64,000 nt of DNA from NCBI GenBank assembly GCA_965267575.1, contig OZ254086.1:3264001-3328000 (forward strand), in the 5' to 3' direction. The notes under the pieces were generated by a model that saw only the letters and a program-made list of their open reading frames with translations, was not told where the DNA came from and did no database searches. The DNA comes from Calditrichales bacterium (lineage in GTDB: Bacteria > Calditrichota > Calditrichia > Calditrichales > J004). Below are positions 10,739 to 20,579 of the stretch, piece after piece (within the stretch, counting starts at the first letter, position 1; the number at the start of each line of letters is the position of its first letter). A program made the translations under genes and the position numbers.

Positions 10739-11704
10739 ATGAATAATGAATTGATGCTGGGGGTTGATATTGGTGGAACCAACACCAAGTTCGGCTTCGT
10801 TCAGCATGACGGAAAAGTGATAGAAAGAACGAGCATTGATACCAATGCTGACAAGGGGGCGCAGAACCTGATTGACCGCCTTTACGACTACACCACAAAA
10901 TGGCTTAAAAAGAATTCCGGCTACCAGTTGAAAGGTGTCGGGATAGGAGCTCCCAACGCCAACTACTACACCGGAAAAGTCGAAAACCCGCCAAACCTGG
11001 GCTGGGGAGATGTTTATCTTGTGGAAATGGTGCAGGATAAATTCGGCCTGCCGGTACGCATCACGAATGATGCCAACGCCAGCGCCCTGGGCGAAATGCT
11101 GTTTGGCGCGGCGCGTGGCATGAAAGATTTTATAGTTATCACGCTCGGCACCGGTCTTGGCAGCGGCATTGTAATTAACGGCCAGCTTGTCTACGGCGCT
11201 AACGGCTATGCCGGTGAACTGGGCCACACGGTGGTCGATCCGCAGGGACGTCGCTGCGCAACCGGGCGCATCGGTTGCCTGGAAAGCTATGCCTCTGCCA
11301 CGGGCATTGTACGCACGGCCATGGAGATGATGGCGCGGTGCAGCGAGCCATCTGCTTTGCGCGACATACCGCCTAAAGATATTACCGCCCACAAGATTTA
11401 CAATCTTGCCAAAAAAGGGGATAAAATTGCGCTGGGTTGTTTCGATTCCACGGCCAAAATACTGGGGCTGAGCCTGGCCAACTTCGTTATGTTCAGCGCG
11501 CCGGAGGCTATTTTTATTTGTGGCGGTCTGGCCGATGCAGCAGATCTGCTTTTTGACGCGGTGAAAGAGGAAATGGAGAAACACCTGATTTCAAATTTCC
11601 AAAACCAGGTTAAAATCCTGCCTTCCGGCATTACCGAAAATCCGGCAATTTTGGGCGCAGCAGCGCTTGCCTGGAAAGATCTGGCTAATATAGGCAAACA
11701 GTAA
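10739..11704 (+). CDS. ROK-family sugar kinase (glucokinase)
   Basis: GVDIGGT, NDANA, TLGTGLG, GELGH..C..G..GCLE. Confidence 0.9.
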   Translation: MNNELMLGVDIGGTNTKFGFVQHDGKVIERTSIDTNADKGAQNLIDRLYDYTTKWLKKNSGYQLKGVGIGAPNANYYTGKVENPPNLGWGDVYLVEMVQDKFGLPVRITNDANASALGEMLFGAARGMKDFIVITLGTGLGSGIVINGQLVYGANGYAGELGHTVVDPQGRRCATGRIGCLESYASATGIVRTAMEMMARCSEPSALRDIPPKDITAHKIYNLAKKGDKIALGCFDSTAKILGLSLANFVMFSAPEAIFICGGLADAADLLFDAVKEEMEKHLISNFQNQVKILPSGITENPAILGAAALAWKDLANIGKQ

Positions 11705-11773
11705 ATTTATTATTTTTAAAAGCGTGTTTTAAAAAAGCTTCCAGCTAAGCCTTCGGGGACTTTGCCCTAAAAT

Positions 11774-11807
11774 AAAAAAAAGCCCCATCCAGGCCGGACA
11801 GGGCTTT
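11774..11807 (-). terminator. Rho-independent terminator of ppiD
   Basis: Minus strand reads AAGCCC-TGTCC..GGATG-GGGCTT then a T run. Confidence 0.75.
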
Positions 11808-11828
11808 CCAACTCATAATATCTATATT

Positions 11829-13625
11829 TTAGAACAGATTAAATTTGCGGCGGTTGTCCACAATATCTGCTTCTTCCTTCAGTTTATCATACCAATCGGT
11901 AAATACCTGGTTACGTTTTTCGTTGAGTAAGCGGCTGCGTATAGCCTCTTTCTGCGCCAGATATTTTGTGCTGTCAAATTCGGTTTTTTCAAGGAGTTTT
12001 TGATAGTAAAAGCCAAACTCTGCTTCGATCATATCGGACGTTTCACCAACATTTAGTGTAAATGCCGTCGCCAGGAACTCCGGCTGGCGGCCTACATTTG
12101 GTATTGATTGATTCATGCTAAAAAGCGGTGTAACGTCATAACGCACGCGTCCGCTTGTATCGGACTGAGCAACCGCTTCCAGGTTACCCTGTGCAACCGG
12201 CTCACTAAGATTTGCAGCAAATGCGCGCGCTTCGCCTTTGGCTTTTTCCAGCTTGGCTCGGTTCTCCACGAGATCACGAACTTCATCCAGAGGTCTGTAG
12301 CCTTCTTCGCGCAGGTCGTTTACCCGAAATACGGCATAACCCTGGTCGACGCTGTAAACATCCGAGGCGCTGCCTTTGGATTTGCTGAACGCAAAATTGG
12401 AAATGGCCGCATTGCGTCCGAAGCCCGGTACGAATCCGCCGCGCTCTTCAAAGAAGCCGGTCGTTTCGGGCTGATAGCCATACTCCTGCAGGGCGGCATC
12501 CCAGCCCAGGTCCTGCACGTCATCGGCAAAGATGCGCGCGGCGTCTTCCTGCTCACTAAGAGTACTGGGGCCGGCGCTAACTTTGAGAAGAATATGGCTC
12601 GCTTTAACCTTTTCCTCACCATCTTCCGTTTTCTTGTCTTCCACCTTGATCAGGTGATAGCCAAATGAGGTTTGAACGGGTCCGACGATCTCCCCGGGTT
12701 CCGCGGCAAAAGCGGCATCCGAGAAGGGCTTGACCATGGAACTGCGGTCAAAGTATCCCAAATCGCCGCTGTTCTGATTTACTGACGGATCTTCGGAAAA
12801 TTCAAGCGCCAGGGTACTGAAATCTTCGCCCAGTTCCATGCGTTCCCGGATCCGGTTAAAATCTGTAAATATCCTTTGCGTGTCTTGCGCAGTTGGCTTT
12901 ACTTCAAATAAGACGTAAGCCAGTTCGCGCTGGGCATTACGCTTATAATCTTCCTTGTTTTCGCGATAGAAATTTTCTATTTCCGTTTCGCTTACCTCAA
13001 CGTTGTCCTGAAAACGGGCGGCAAGAATCGCCAGATATTCCACTTTGGCCTTGAGGTTTTTGCGTTTGTACTCGTCCAGAATCTCCAGTTCGCTCACGCG
13101 GACGCTGTTGGTGATGATATTACGCAGCTTTTCAAAAGGTATTTGCTGACGATAGTATTCTTCGATCTGGCGCCAGGGCAGGTTGGGGTCCTGCAAAAGC
13201 TGGCGGTATTTGGCCATGTCGAACGAGCCGTTTGTCTGCAGTTGCGGATTGTTCCGAAATTCAGGCAGGGGATGATTCATAATCTGGTAAACCACTTCCG
13301 AGTCGGTCACGGCGATGTTCAGGTTTTTCATTTCTTCGCGGAAAAGCGTAATCTGAACAAACTGTTCCCAGACCTGTTCACGGAGCTGCTCCAGCCGGCG
13401 ATCATCGATCTGGCCTTCGGTGCGGGCGCGTTCATTTTCATACAGGTTGCTGTACAACTCACGCCATTTATCGTACGTAAGCTCTTCGCCGTTTACTTCT
13501 CCAATTACATTGTCTGTTCTTATACCGCCCATGTCGGCACCCCATTCGCCAACAATAAGCGCCAAAAATGCCAGCACCAGGATTATCAAAAAGGTTTTAC
13601 TGGCCTGGCGTAATTTGGTCATCAT
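11829..13625 (-). CDS. ppiD: PpiD-like membrane-anchored parvulin PPIase (SurA N-terminal domain)
   Basis: N-terminal TM, parvulin motifs FSEDP..GDLG..MVKPF..FGYHLIK. Confidence 0.85.
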   Translation of the reverse strand: MMTKLRQASKTFLIILVLAFLALIVGEWGADMGGIRTDNVIGEVNGEELTYDKWRELYSNLYENERARTEGQIDDRRLEQLREQVWEQFVQITLFREEMKNLNIAVTDSEVVYQIMNHPLPEFRNNPQLQTNGSFDMAKYRQLLQDPNLPWRQIEEYYRQQIPFEKLRNIITNSVRVSELEILDEYKRKNLKAKVEYLAILAARFQDNVEVSETEIENFYRENKEDYKRNAQRELAYVLFEVKPTAQDTQRIFTDFNRIRERMELGEDFSTLALEFSEDPSVNQNSGDLGYFDRSSMVKPFSDAAFAAEPGEIVGPVQTSFGYHLIKVEDKKTEDGEEKVKASHILLKVSAGPSTLSEQEDAARIFADDVQDLGWDAALQEYGYQPETTGFFEERGGFVPGFGRNAAISNFAFSKSKGSASDVYSVDQGYAVFRVNDLREEGYRPLDEVRDLVENRAKLEKAKGEARAFAANLSEPVAQGNLEAVAQSDTSGRVRYDVTPLFSMNQSIPNVGRQPEFLATAFTLNVGETSDMIEAEFGFYYQKLLEKTEFDSTKYLAQKEAIRSRLLNEKRNQVFTDWYDKLKEEADIVDNRRKFNLF

Positions 13626-13796
13626 ATCGCGTATAAACTCCTTAAGCTAATGTAAAAATTGCATCGATCAGGGCATACAAATTGCCGGTCAGGTCGCCCA
13701 AAAAAGATGACAAATTTAGCTTAGTGCCTGCATAAGTTCAAATTTAATTTGAATTTGTTGGTTGCCTGTTTTAGGCAATCTGACTATTTTCCTTTT

Positions 13797-14696
13797 ATGC
13801 ATAAAATTGAGTATTTGCTGCTTCTTTTTCTGGACGCGTTATTCCGCCGATTGCCTTTTGCCGTAGGCCGTTTTAAGGCATCTGTTTTGTATTTCCTCGT
13901 GGCTTATGTTTTGCGCTATCGTCAAAAGGTTATCAGGCAAAACCTGGAGCTTGCGTTCAACGGAAAACTTCCGCGCGAAGCTTCCGCACTTATAAAGGAC
14001 ATTTACCGCCATTTTGTTTATCTGTGGATGGAGTTTTTGCAAAGTGCGCGCCTGGCCCGCACCGACTGGCAAAAACGGATCAACGTTCATAACGCCGAAA
14101 TTGTGGATGAAGCATTTGCGCAGAAAAAAGGCGCCGTGCTCATTACAGGGCACTTTGGCAATTTCGAGTGGATCAACATTTTGCTGAGACTAAAAGGTTA
14201 CCCGTTCGCGGCAGTGGCCAAAAGACAAAGCAATCCTTACGTGGACAAATTTATTCTTGAGCGCAGGGAACAATTCGGCACAAAAATTTTTTATATGCGC
14301 GAAGCATTCAAAGAGGGCATAAAGTTTTTGCAGAATAACGGTGCGATCGGGCTTGTGGCCGACCAGGACGCGCGGGATAAGGGTATCTTTGTGGATTTTT
14401 TCGGACACCCGGCCTCAACGTTTGTGGGCCCTGCCTTGTATCATATGAGAACGGGAGCACCCATAATTCTCATTCTGGCCGTGCGTAAAGACTACGCCCG
14501 TTTTGACCTTCATTTTGAAAAAGTTGAATGCGACTGGCAGGGCCTTGATAGAGATGATGCCATCAGAAAAATTACCCAGGCCCATGTCAGCGCGCTTGAA
14601 AAATGGATAAGACGCTATCCGGAGCAATGGTTCTGGATGCACAGACGATGGAAAACTCAACCCCGCACTGAAGTCCGTGAAACGCCCGGAGCCTAA
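13797..14696 (+). CDS. Lipid A biosynthesis acyltransferase (LpxL/HtrB family)
   Basis: HFGNFE, ADQ, PEQWFWMHRRWK motifs. Confidence 0.9.
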   Translation: MHKIEYLLLLFLDALFRRLPFAVGRFKASVLYFLVAYVLRYRQKVIRQNLELAFNGKLPREASALIKDIYRHFVYLWMEFLQSARLARTDWQKRINVHNAEIVDEAFAQKKGAVLITGHFGNFEWINILLRLKGYPFAAVAKRQSNPYVDKFILERREQFGTKIFYMREAFKEGIKFLQNNGAIGLVADQDARDKGIFVDFFGHPASTFVGPALYHMRTGAPIILILAVRKDYARFDLHFEKVECDWQGLDRDDAIRKITQAHVSALEKWIRRYPEQWFWMHRRWKTQPRTEVRETPGA

Positions 14697-14710
14697 AGGC
14701 GGAAGCTACC

Positions 14711-15883
14711 ATGAAATATTACAAAATCGATCCCCGGAATCCCGGTGAGGAGGCCTTGCACAGTGCCATCGAATGCCTTGAACAAGGCGGTGTAATCGTT
14801 TACCCGACCGATACGCTGTATGGCATGGGAGTGGATGTGTTTAACCGAGATGCCGTGCGCAAGTTGTACATGATCAAAGAGCGTGATATGCGCCGTCCCG
14901 TTTCGATCATGATGCAATCCTTGCAGCAGGTGAAAGAAGTGTTTGGCTTCCGCGATCAAAAGGTGCGTCAGGATCTGGACCTGTTGCTGCCCGGTCGCAT
15001 CACGGCGATTATTGATAATGTTTCACATCGACGTGTTCCGATTCTTGAAGATGTACTAAAGCCGGGTGACTACCAGAAAACGGTCGGTATACGCATCCCT
15101 GATCACGTGGTGTGCAATAAACTTAGCGACATGTTTGATTCACCGATCAGCACGACAAGCGCTAATATTTCCGGGCAGGGCAATGCCTTTTCTATTGAGG
15201 AGATTGTTGCACAGCTGAGCAGCAAGCCCGACCTTATCCTTGATGCCGGTCCCATTGAGCCGTCAAAAGGCTCAACGGTCATCGACATGTCGCGCGAGCC
15301 TTATCTAATTTTGCGCGAAGGTGATGTAAGTGAGGCGGATCTTAAAAAGAAGCTGGGTAAAAAGCGCGTGAGGATCCCCGAGCCGGCCTTCCGTATTACT
15401 TTTATTTGTTCCGGCAATATCTGTCGTTCACCTATGGCCGAAGCGATACTGAAACGCATGATATCCAAAACCAAATATCGCGACCAGATCGATGTACAAT
15501 CGGCGGGGACGCTTCCTTTGACGCAACAGCCTGCCCACGACTACGCCATAAACGTGTGCGATGAAAACGGTATCGACATTACCCGCCACCGCAGCAGACC
15601 GGTCACCAGGGAAATCGTTAATAATTCGCATTTGATTTTATGCATGGCGCAGGATCATTTGGCCTTTTTCAACAAAAACTATCCCAACGAGCGTCAAAAA
15701 GTAGCACTGTTAAAGCAATGGAAGCGTGAAAAGCAATTATCCATCCCGTCGATTGCCGACCCGATCGGCCATAACTATCCCTTTTTCAAGGAGACATTCG
15801 AAGAGATCCGCGAAGAATTGAAGCGGGTACTGCCGCCTGTTTTAGCAGAAGTACGCGCTTTTGCCAAAAGCAACGGCAGATAA
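14711..15883 (+). CDS. Fusion of TsaC/Sua5 (YrdC domain) and low-molecular-weight protein phosphatase
   Basis: PTDTLYG, KxR and TSANISG, followed by CSGNICRSP P-loop, SAG and DPIG. Confidence 0.9.
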   Translation: MKYYKIDPRNPGEEALHSAIECLEQGGVIVYPTDTLYGMGVDVFNRDAVRKLYMIKERDMRRPVSIMMQSLQQVKEVFGFRDQKVRQDLDLLLPGRITAIIDNVSHRRVPILEDVLKPGDYQKTVGIRIPDHVVCNKLSDMFDSPISTTSANISGQGNAFSIEEIVAQLSSKPDLILDAGPIEPSKGSTVIDMSREPYLILREGDVSEADLKKKLGKKRVRIPEPAFRITFICSGNICRSPMAEAILKRMISKTKYRDQIDVQSAGTLPLTQQPAHDYAINVCDENGIDITRHRSRPVTREIVNNSHLILCMAQDHLAFFNKNYPNERQKVALLKQWKREKQLSIPSIADPIGHNYPFFKETFEEIREELKRVLPPVLAEVRAFAKSNGR

Positions 15884-15946
15884 CCCGGTTGGAAAATGAC
15901 ATTGACCTCTTTAAATTATAGGTTTGAAATTTTACGGAGCTTTAAG

Positions 15947-16747
15947 ATGCCTTTGCGCAACTTTATAAAAAAAAATAAAAAATTCAGTTTCTATTTTAAG
16001 GAGCACAAGCTTAAGCCTTATCCGGGATACCCTGGAGTTTATCACATTGTTCGTCGCAAAGGAAAAAAGCGTTTGGATATATCTCAATTAGATCTTTTTA
16101 AAAAAAAGCTCGATGACTGGCAGTTTTGGGATAGTCTGATAAATAATAATAACGATGAATTTTATCAGATTGAGGAACAACGAATTAAGCGTCAGGAAAA
16201 GCTGTTTCGCTTTGAAAAGGGTGGAGATTACAATTTAAAGGAGCGGCAGGAATACGCTATTGAACATGCTAAAGGACGCATTCTGGATGTTGGCTTTTTT
16301 GACGGTAAGACGCTCTGCTTTTTGCTCGAGAAAGGTAACGACTGCGAAGGTGTGGATTTTGGGGATACCTATGTTGAAGTAGCACGGGAGAATTTTCGCG
16401 CAGCCGGCGGTGACCCTGAAAAAATAATAAAAGGACTTTTCCAGAATTTACCATATAAAGATGAAACGTTTGACACGGTAATAAGTCAGGAGACTCTTGA
16501 GCACTTTTTTTTTCCAGACATAATGATTGAAGAAGTAAGGAGGGTCCTAAAAACAGGCGGTTTCTTTATCGGCTCAACGCCACTTGAAAACAGGATCGAT
16601 TCTGAGACGCACATTGTATATTATGAAGAAAGCGGCGTAAAAGCACTCCTGGAAGATGGGTTTAAAATACGAGATTTTCAATTAATTAAAGATCTTCCGC
16701 AAAATCAGCGCCCCCAATTAATTGTCTGGACGGCTGAAAAAATATAA
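15947..16747 (+). CDS. Class I SAM-dependent methyltransferase
   Basis: ILDVGFFDG, LPYKDETFD, LEH, RVLKTGG; GGAG RBS before ATG 15947. Confidence 0.85.
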   Translation: MPLRNFIKKNKKFSFYFKEHKLKPYPGYPGVYHIVRRKGKKRLDISQLDLFKKKLDDWQFWDSLINNNNDEFYQIEEQRIKRQEKLFRFEKGGDYNLKERQEYAIEHAKGRILDVGFFDGKTLCFLLEKGNDCEGVDFGDTYVEVARENFRAAGGDPEKIIKGLFQNLPYKDETFDTVISQETLEHFFFPDIMIEEVRRVLKTGGFFIGSTPLENRIDSETHIVYYEESGVKALLEDGFKIRDFQLIKDLPQNQRPQLIVWTAEKI

Positions 16748-16750
16748 GAC

Positions 16751-17995
16751 ATGAAGACCTGCCTGATAATATCAGCATATTTTCCGCCCGTAGGTGGTGT
16801 GGGCGTCCAACGGATTACCAAGCTTGTAAAGTACCTTCCGCAAAATGGCTGGAAGCCCGTAGTAGTTACCATACCACGGTATGGAAGTAAGGCGGCAAGA
16901 GATCCGAAGTTGGAAGACGCCATTCCGCAAGAAGCTGAAATAATCCGTCCGTTTTATCTGGATTATCGACGATTTATCCCTGGAGATATCGCTAAGCTTT
17001 TTCGCAAAATCGAAAAAGAAAAGCTATACCCTGACAAATTTGTCATTTGGAATTATTTTGTAAAAAGAAAAATTAATTACGTTGTGAACCACTTCCGCCC
17101 GGATATAGTTTTTGTAAACGTAAATCCTTTTTCAAGTTTACTACTTGCTGCAGATTTAAAAAAAATGACGGGACTGCCGGTTGTTGTAAATTTCCGCGAT
17201 CCGTTTTCATTTAATAATTATTTGATAACCGAAAAAGATTTTGCTGAATCGAAGCGTGCGCTGGAATTGGAACAGAAGCTTTTTCAAAACTATGACGCGA
17301 TCGTCTGTGTTACGCCGTTCGCCACAAACACATACCGCAAACTGTTTCCGCAGATGGTTGACAGGATTTATTTTATACCCAATGGCTTTGATCCTGAAGA
17401 TTTCGAGGATGTTGCTCCGGCAAAGCCGGAAACGTTCACAATAGGGTATAACGGCAGTATCAGTTCTTTGGTGCCGATCGCACCGATTCTTGAAGCCATT
17501 CACCATATCTATCGGGAACATGGTATCAGGATTAAGCTGAACATTGCCAGTGCAAACCGGTTAAGAGATTTCCGATCGCACTGTCCGGAATGCTTTGACG
17601 AGGGTCTTGCTGAACATAAAGGCTTCCTTTCGCATTCCGAAAGCCTGGAAAATCTGGCGCGCTCGCATCTGCTGCTGGCCATGTTTGCAAAAAATAAGTC
17701 TACAGAGGGTGCCTATCCAGGAAAGATTTTCGAATACCTCGCAATGAAAAAACCGATTTTGTTGCTTAACCACCCTGAGAGCGACCTGGCGAAATTGGTA
17801 TTAAAAACAAAAAGCGGAACAGTTGTCGATATCGAAAACCATGAAGAGATCGTAAAGACGTTGCTTATGTATCATGAAAAATGGCAAAAAGATGAGTGGG
17901 CGTTTTCTCAGAATGAAGAGGCTGTAAAGCAGTATGATTATCGCGTGATAACAAAGAAAACGACAGAACTGTTTGATGAAGTACTTTCAAAATAA
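16751..17995 (+). CDS. Glycosyltransferase family 4
   Basis: FPPVGGVGVQR, PNGFD, PGKIFEYLA. Confidence 0.88.
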   Translation: MKTCLIISAYFPPVGGVGVQRITKLVKYLPQNGWKPVVVTIPRYGSKAARDPKLEDAIPQEAEIIRPFYLDYRRFIPGDIAKLFRKIEKEKLYPDKFVIWNYFVKRKINYVVNHFRPDIVFVNVNPFSSLLLAADLKKMTGLPVVVNFRDPFSFNNYLITEKDFAESKRALELEQKLFQNYDAIVCVTPFATNTYRKLFPQMVDRIYFIPNGFDPEDFEDVAPAKPETFTIGYNGSISSLVPIAPILEAIHHIYREHGIRIKLNIASANRLRDFRSHCPECFDEGLAEHKGFLSHSESLENLARSHLLLAMFAKNKSTEGAYPGKIFEYLAMKKPILLLNHPESDLAKLVLKTKSGTVVDIENHEEIVKTLLMYHEKWQKDEWAFSQNEEAVKQYDYRVITKKTTELFDEVLSK

Positions 17996-18024
17996 AAAAC
18001 TGAAAAAAGAAGCAGAGTCCTGAA

Positions 18025-18969
18025 ATGAAAATTAGTGGTTTTTCTTTCGTCAGAAACGGTGTTTTATTGTATTACCCTATAGTAGAATCGATAAAATCTA
18101 TTCTGCCCCTGGTCGATGAATTTTATGTTGCAGTGGGCAAAGGCGACGAAGGCGATACAACCCGAAATGAAATCGCGGCAATTAAAGACCCCAAAGTTAA
18201 GATTATTGATACCGTGTGGGATGAACGCTATTACAGACGCGGCATTATTAATGCTCTGCAGACAGATGTAGCTCAGCAGGCTTGTAGCGGGGACTGGCTG
18301 TTCTATTTGCAGGCAGATGAAGTGGTTCATGAAAAGTATTTGCCCATAATCCAAAAACGCTGCGAAGAATTGTTTTACAATGAAGATGTAGAAGGACTAT
18401 TATTTCGTTACAAGCACTTTTGGGGCGACTATAATCACTACCACGGTGGTCATGGCTGGTATCCTAATGAAATCAGGATAATACGAAACCTACCAACTAT
18501 ACATTCTTATGAAAGCGCACAGTCTTTCCGCCATTTCGAGCCCTACATGCATCCACGTCAGCAGGAAGGCACACGCAAGCTGAAGGTAGCACGGGTGGAT
18601 GCGGAAATTTATCATTACGGATGGGTGAGGCCGCCGCATTTAATGCAAAACAAGCGCCGCGCATTGGATACCGTTCACTGGGGACGCAATAAAGCGGATA
18701 ATCATTATTCCGATCAGCCTGACTATTTTGATTACGGTCCGCTGGAAAACCTTTCCGTCTTCAGGGATTCACACCCTAAGGTAATGCAGCCACGCATCAA
18801 AAAAATGGACTGGGCCGATAAGCTGCAGTACACCGGAAAACCCCGTAAAGACCGCTTGCCGCACAAGCACGAACGTGTCCGTTACAAACTGGCAAGCTGG
18901 ATGGAGAGGAATGTCACAAAAAAAGAGATTGGTGGATTTAAGAACTATATTCTTTTGGAAGACGTCTGA
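18025..18969 (+). CDS. Glycosyltransferase family 2
   Basis: SGFSFVRNG, LQADE, YHYGWVR. Confidence 0.85.
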   Translation: MKISGFSFVRNGVLLYYPIVESIKSILPLVDEFYVAVGKGDEGDTTRNEIAAIKDPKVKIIDTVWDERYYRRGIINALQTDVAQQACSGDWLFYLQADEVVHEKYLPIIQKRCEELFYNEDVEGLLFRYKHFWGDYNHYHGGHGWYPNEIRIIRNLPTIHSYESAQSFRHFEPYMHPRQQEGTRKLKVARVDAEIYHYGWVRPPHLMQNKRRALDTVHWGRNKADNHYSDQPDYFDYGPLENLSVFRDSHPKVMQPRIKKMDWADKLQYTGKPRKDRLPHKHERVRYKLASWMERNVTKKEIGGFKNYILLEDV

Positions 18970-18977
18970 GCAGACCA

Positions 18978-20072
18978 ATGAACGTTCTTTATATCTCATC
19001 AAAAAGGAGTTGGGGCGGGGTAGTGACCTGGCTAAAAGTCACTGCTGAGGCACTTAATAAGCGAGGACACAAAGTTTGGCTTATAACTCATCCATACTTG
19101 CCGGTTGAAGACAATGCCATGCCAGGAATGGTTCTACGAAAAGCGCTGGGCCCGGACTATAATCCGTTAATGCTCCTGTTTCTTGTTCGTTTTATTAAAA
19201 AAAACCGTGTAGACCTGGTAATCACAAATATTCAAAAGGAAGTTATCGCCGGAGGTCTGGCTGCCAAAGTGTGCTCGATTCCAAACATCCGGATTATTGG
19301 AAGTGCTAATGATATTAACGCTCGCATCCGCAAACGTCAGGAAAGGTTTGTGACGCATTCTATAATCCCTTGTGACTATGTTTTTAATAAAGCGGCACAA
19401 AGAGAGGATTGGTTAAAGAGGGGGGATTTCACCACCATATATAACGGGCGCAACCTTGCTGAGTATTCTAAGGCAGAGATTCTTGCCCAACGTAGGGAAT
19501 GGGGTTTGGACTCATCTCACATCATTCTGGGCGTTATTTGTAAACTGGGCCGGGTGAAGAACATCGCAGGCTTGCTGAATGCCTTCCCTGAGATTGTCAG
19601 AAAGCGGGAAAATGTACGCCTCGTAATCGTTGGAGAGGGGCCTGAGAAAAAGAGCCTAATGGCACAGGCTGACGCCCTACAGATAACGGACAATGTGGTT
19701 TTTGCTGGTTTCACGGTAAAGCCGCTACTATGCTCCGCGGCATTTGATGTGGGGATAATTAATTCATTTAGCGAAGCCCTGCCATTTAGCTTAATGGAAT
19801 ATATGGCGGCCGGTCGTGCCGTTATTTCCACAAATGTCGGTGGGATAGGCGAAGTGATTGAAGACGGGCATAATGGATTACTCATTGAAGCCGGCAATGA
19901 GGCACAATTGACGAAAGCGCTTTTTAGCTTGATTGATGATCCGGAATTGCGCGCCCGGCTTGCTTCAAATGCTCTGGAAAGTATTGTAAAGAGATTTAGT
20001 GAAGATAAAATGATTGAAAAGACGGAAGAAACCTTCCGCAAGATTATCGAAAAAGAGGATACAACGAAATGA
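18978..20072 (+). CDS. Glycosyltransferase family 4
   Basis: IYNG, KN, EALPFSLMEYMAAG, NVGG, NGLL. Confidence 0.9.
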   Translation: MNVLYISSKRSWGGVVTWLKVTAEALNKRGHKVWLITHPYLPVEDNAMPGMVLRKALGPDYNPLMLLFLVRFIKKNRVDLVITNIQKEVIAGGLAAKVCSIPNIRIIGSANDINARIRKRQERFVTHSIIPCDYVFNKAAQREDWLKRGDFTTIYNGRNLAEYSKAEILAQRREWGLDSSHIILGVICKLGRVKNIAGLLNAFPEIVRKRENVRLVIVGEGPEKKSLMAQADALQITDNVVFAGFTVKPLLCSAAFDVGIINSFSEALPFSLMEYMAAGRAVISTNVGGIGEVIEDGHNGLLIEAGNEAQLTKALFSLIDDPELRARLASNALESIVKRFSEDKMIEKTEETFRKIIEKEDTTK

Positions 20073-20458
20073 AAATTGAGATTTCGATTGGCGAGTTGGT
20101 TGACAAGGTTTCCATCCTGGAGATAAAGCTGGAAAAATTTAAAGACGAAGCCAAGAAAGCGAACGTGCTCAAAGAATACAATCTGTTAAAAAAAGACATG
20201 GAGACACTGGGCATTGATACGCAAAACGCGGATTATCTGGACCTTAAAAAGGTTAACCTCAGCTTGTGGGATATTGAGGATAAAATTCGCGTTAAGGAGC
20301 GGGAGCAGGCTTTTGATGAAGAGTTTATCGGTCTTGCGCGGTCCGTTTATTTTGAAAATGATAAACGGGCTGCTATCAAGAAGCGAATCAATCTGGCCCA
20401 CGGCTCCGACCTGGTGGAAGAAAAAGAGTATGTTGATTATAAAAAAGGCAAGCAGTAG
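20069..20458 (+). CDS. DUF6165-like small helical protein
   Basis: ISIGELVDKVSILEIK, LWDIED, ND.RA.IK, EEK motifs. Confidence 0.75.
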   Translation: MKIEISIGELVDKVSILEIKLEKFKDEAKKANVLKEYNLLKKDMETLGIDTQNADYLDLKKVNLSLWDIEDKIRVKEREQAFDEEFIGLARSVYFENDKRAAIKKRINLAHGSDLVEEKEYVDYKKGKQ

Positions 20459-20579
20459 AAAAACTTTTTATATGGTTTAGTTTTGAATTGCGTGTTAGCA
20501 TTTCGCGGGCTTTTTTTGGGATTCGGATTCCACGGCGAAGTGCTTGAGAAATCGATTTCATGACAATTACAGTATTAGA

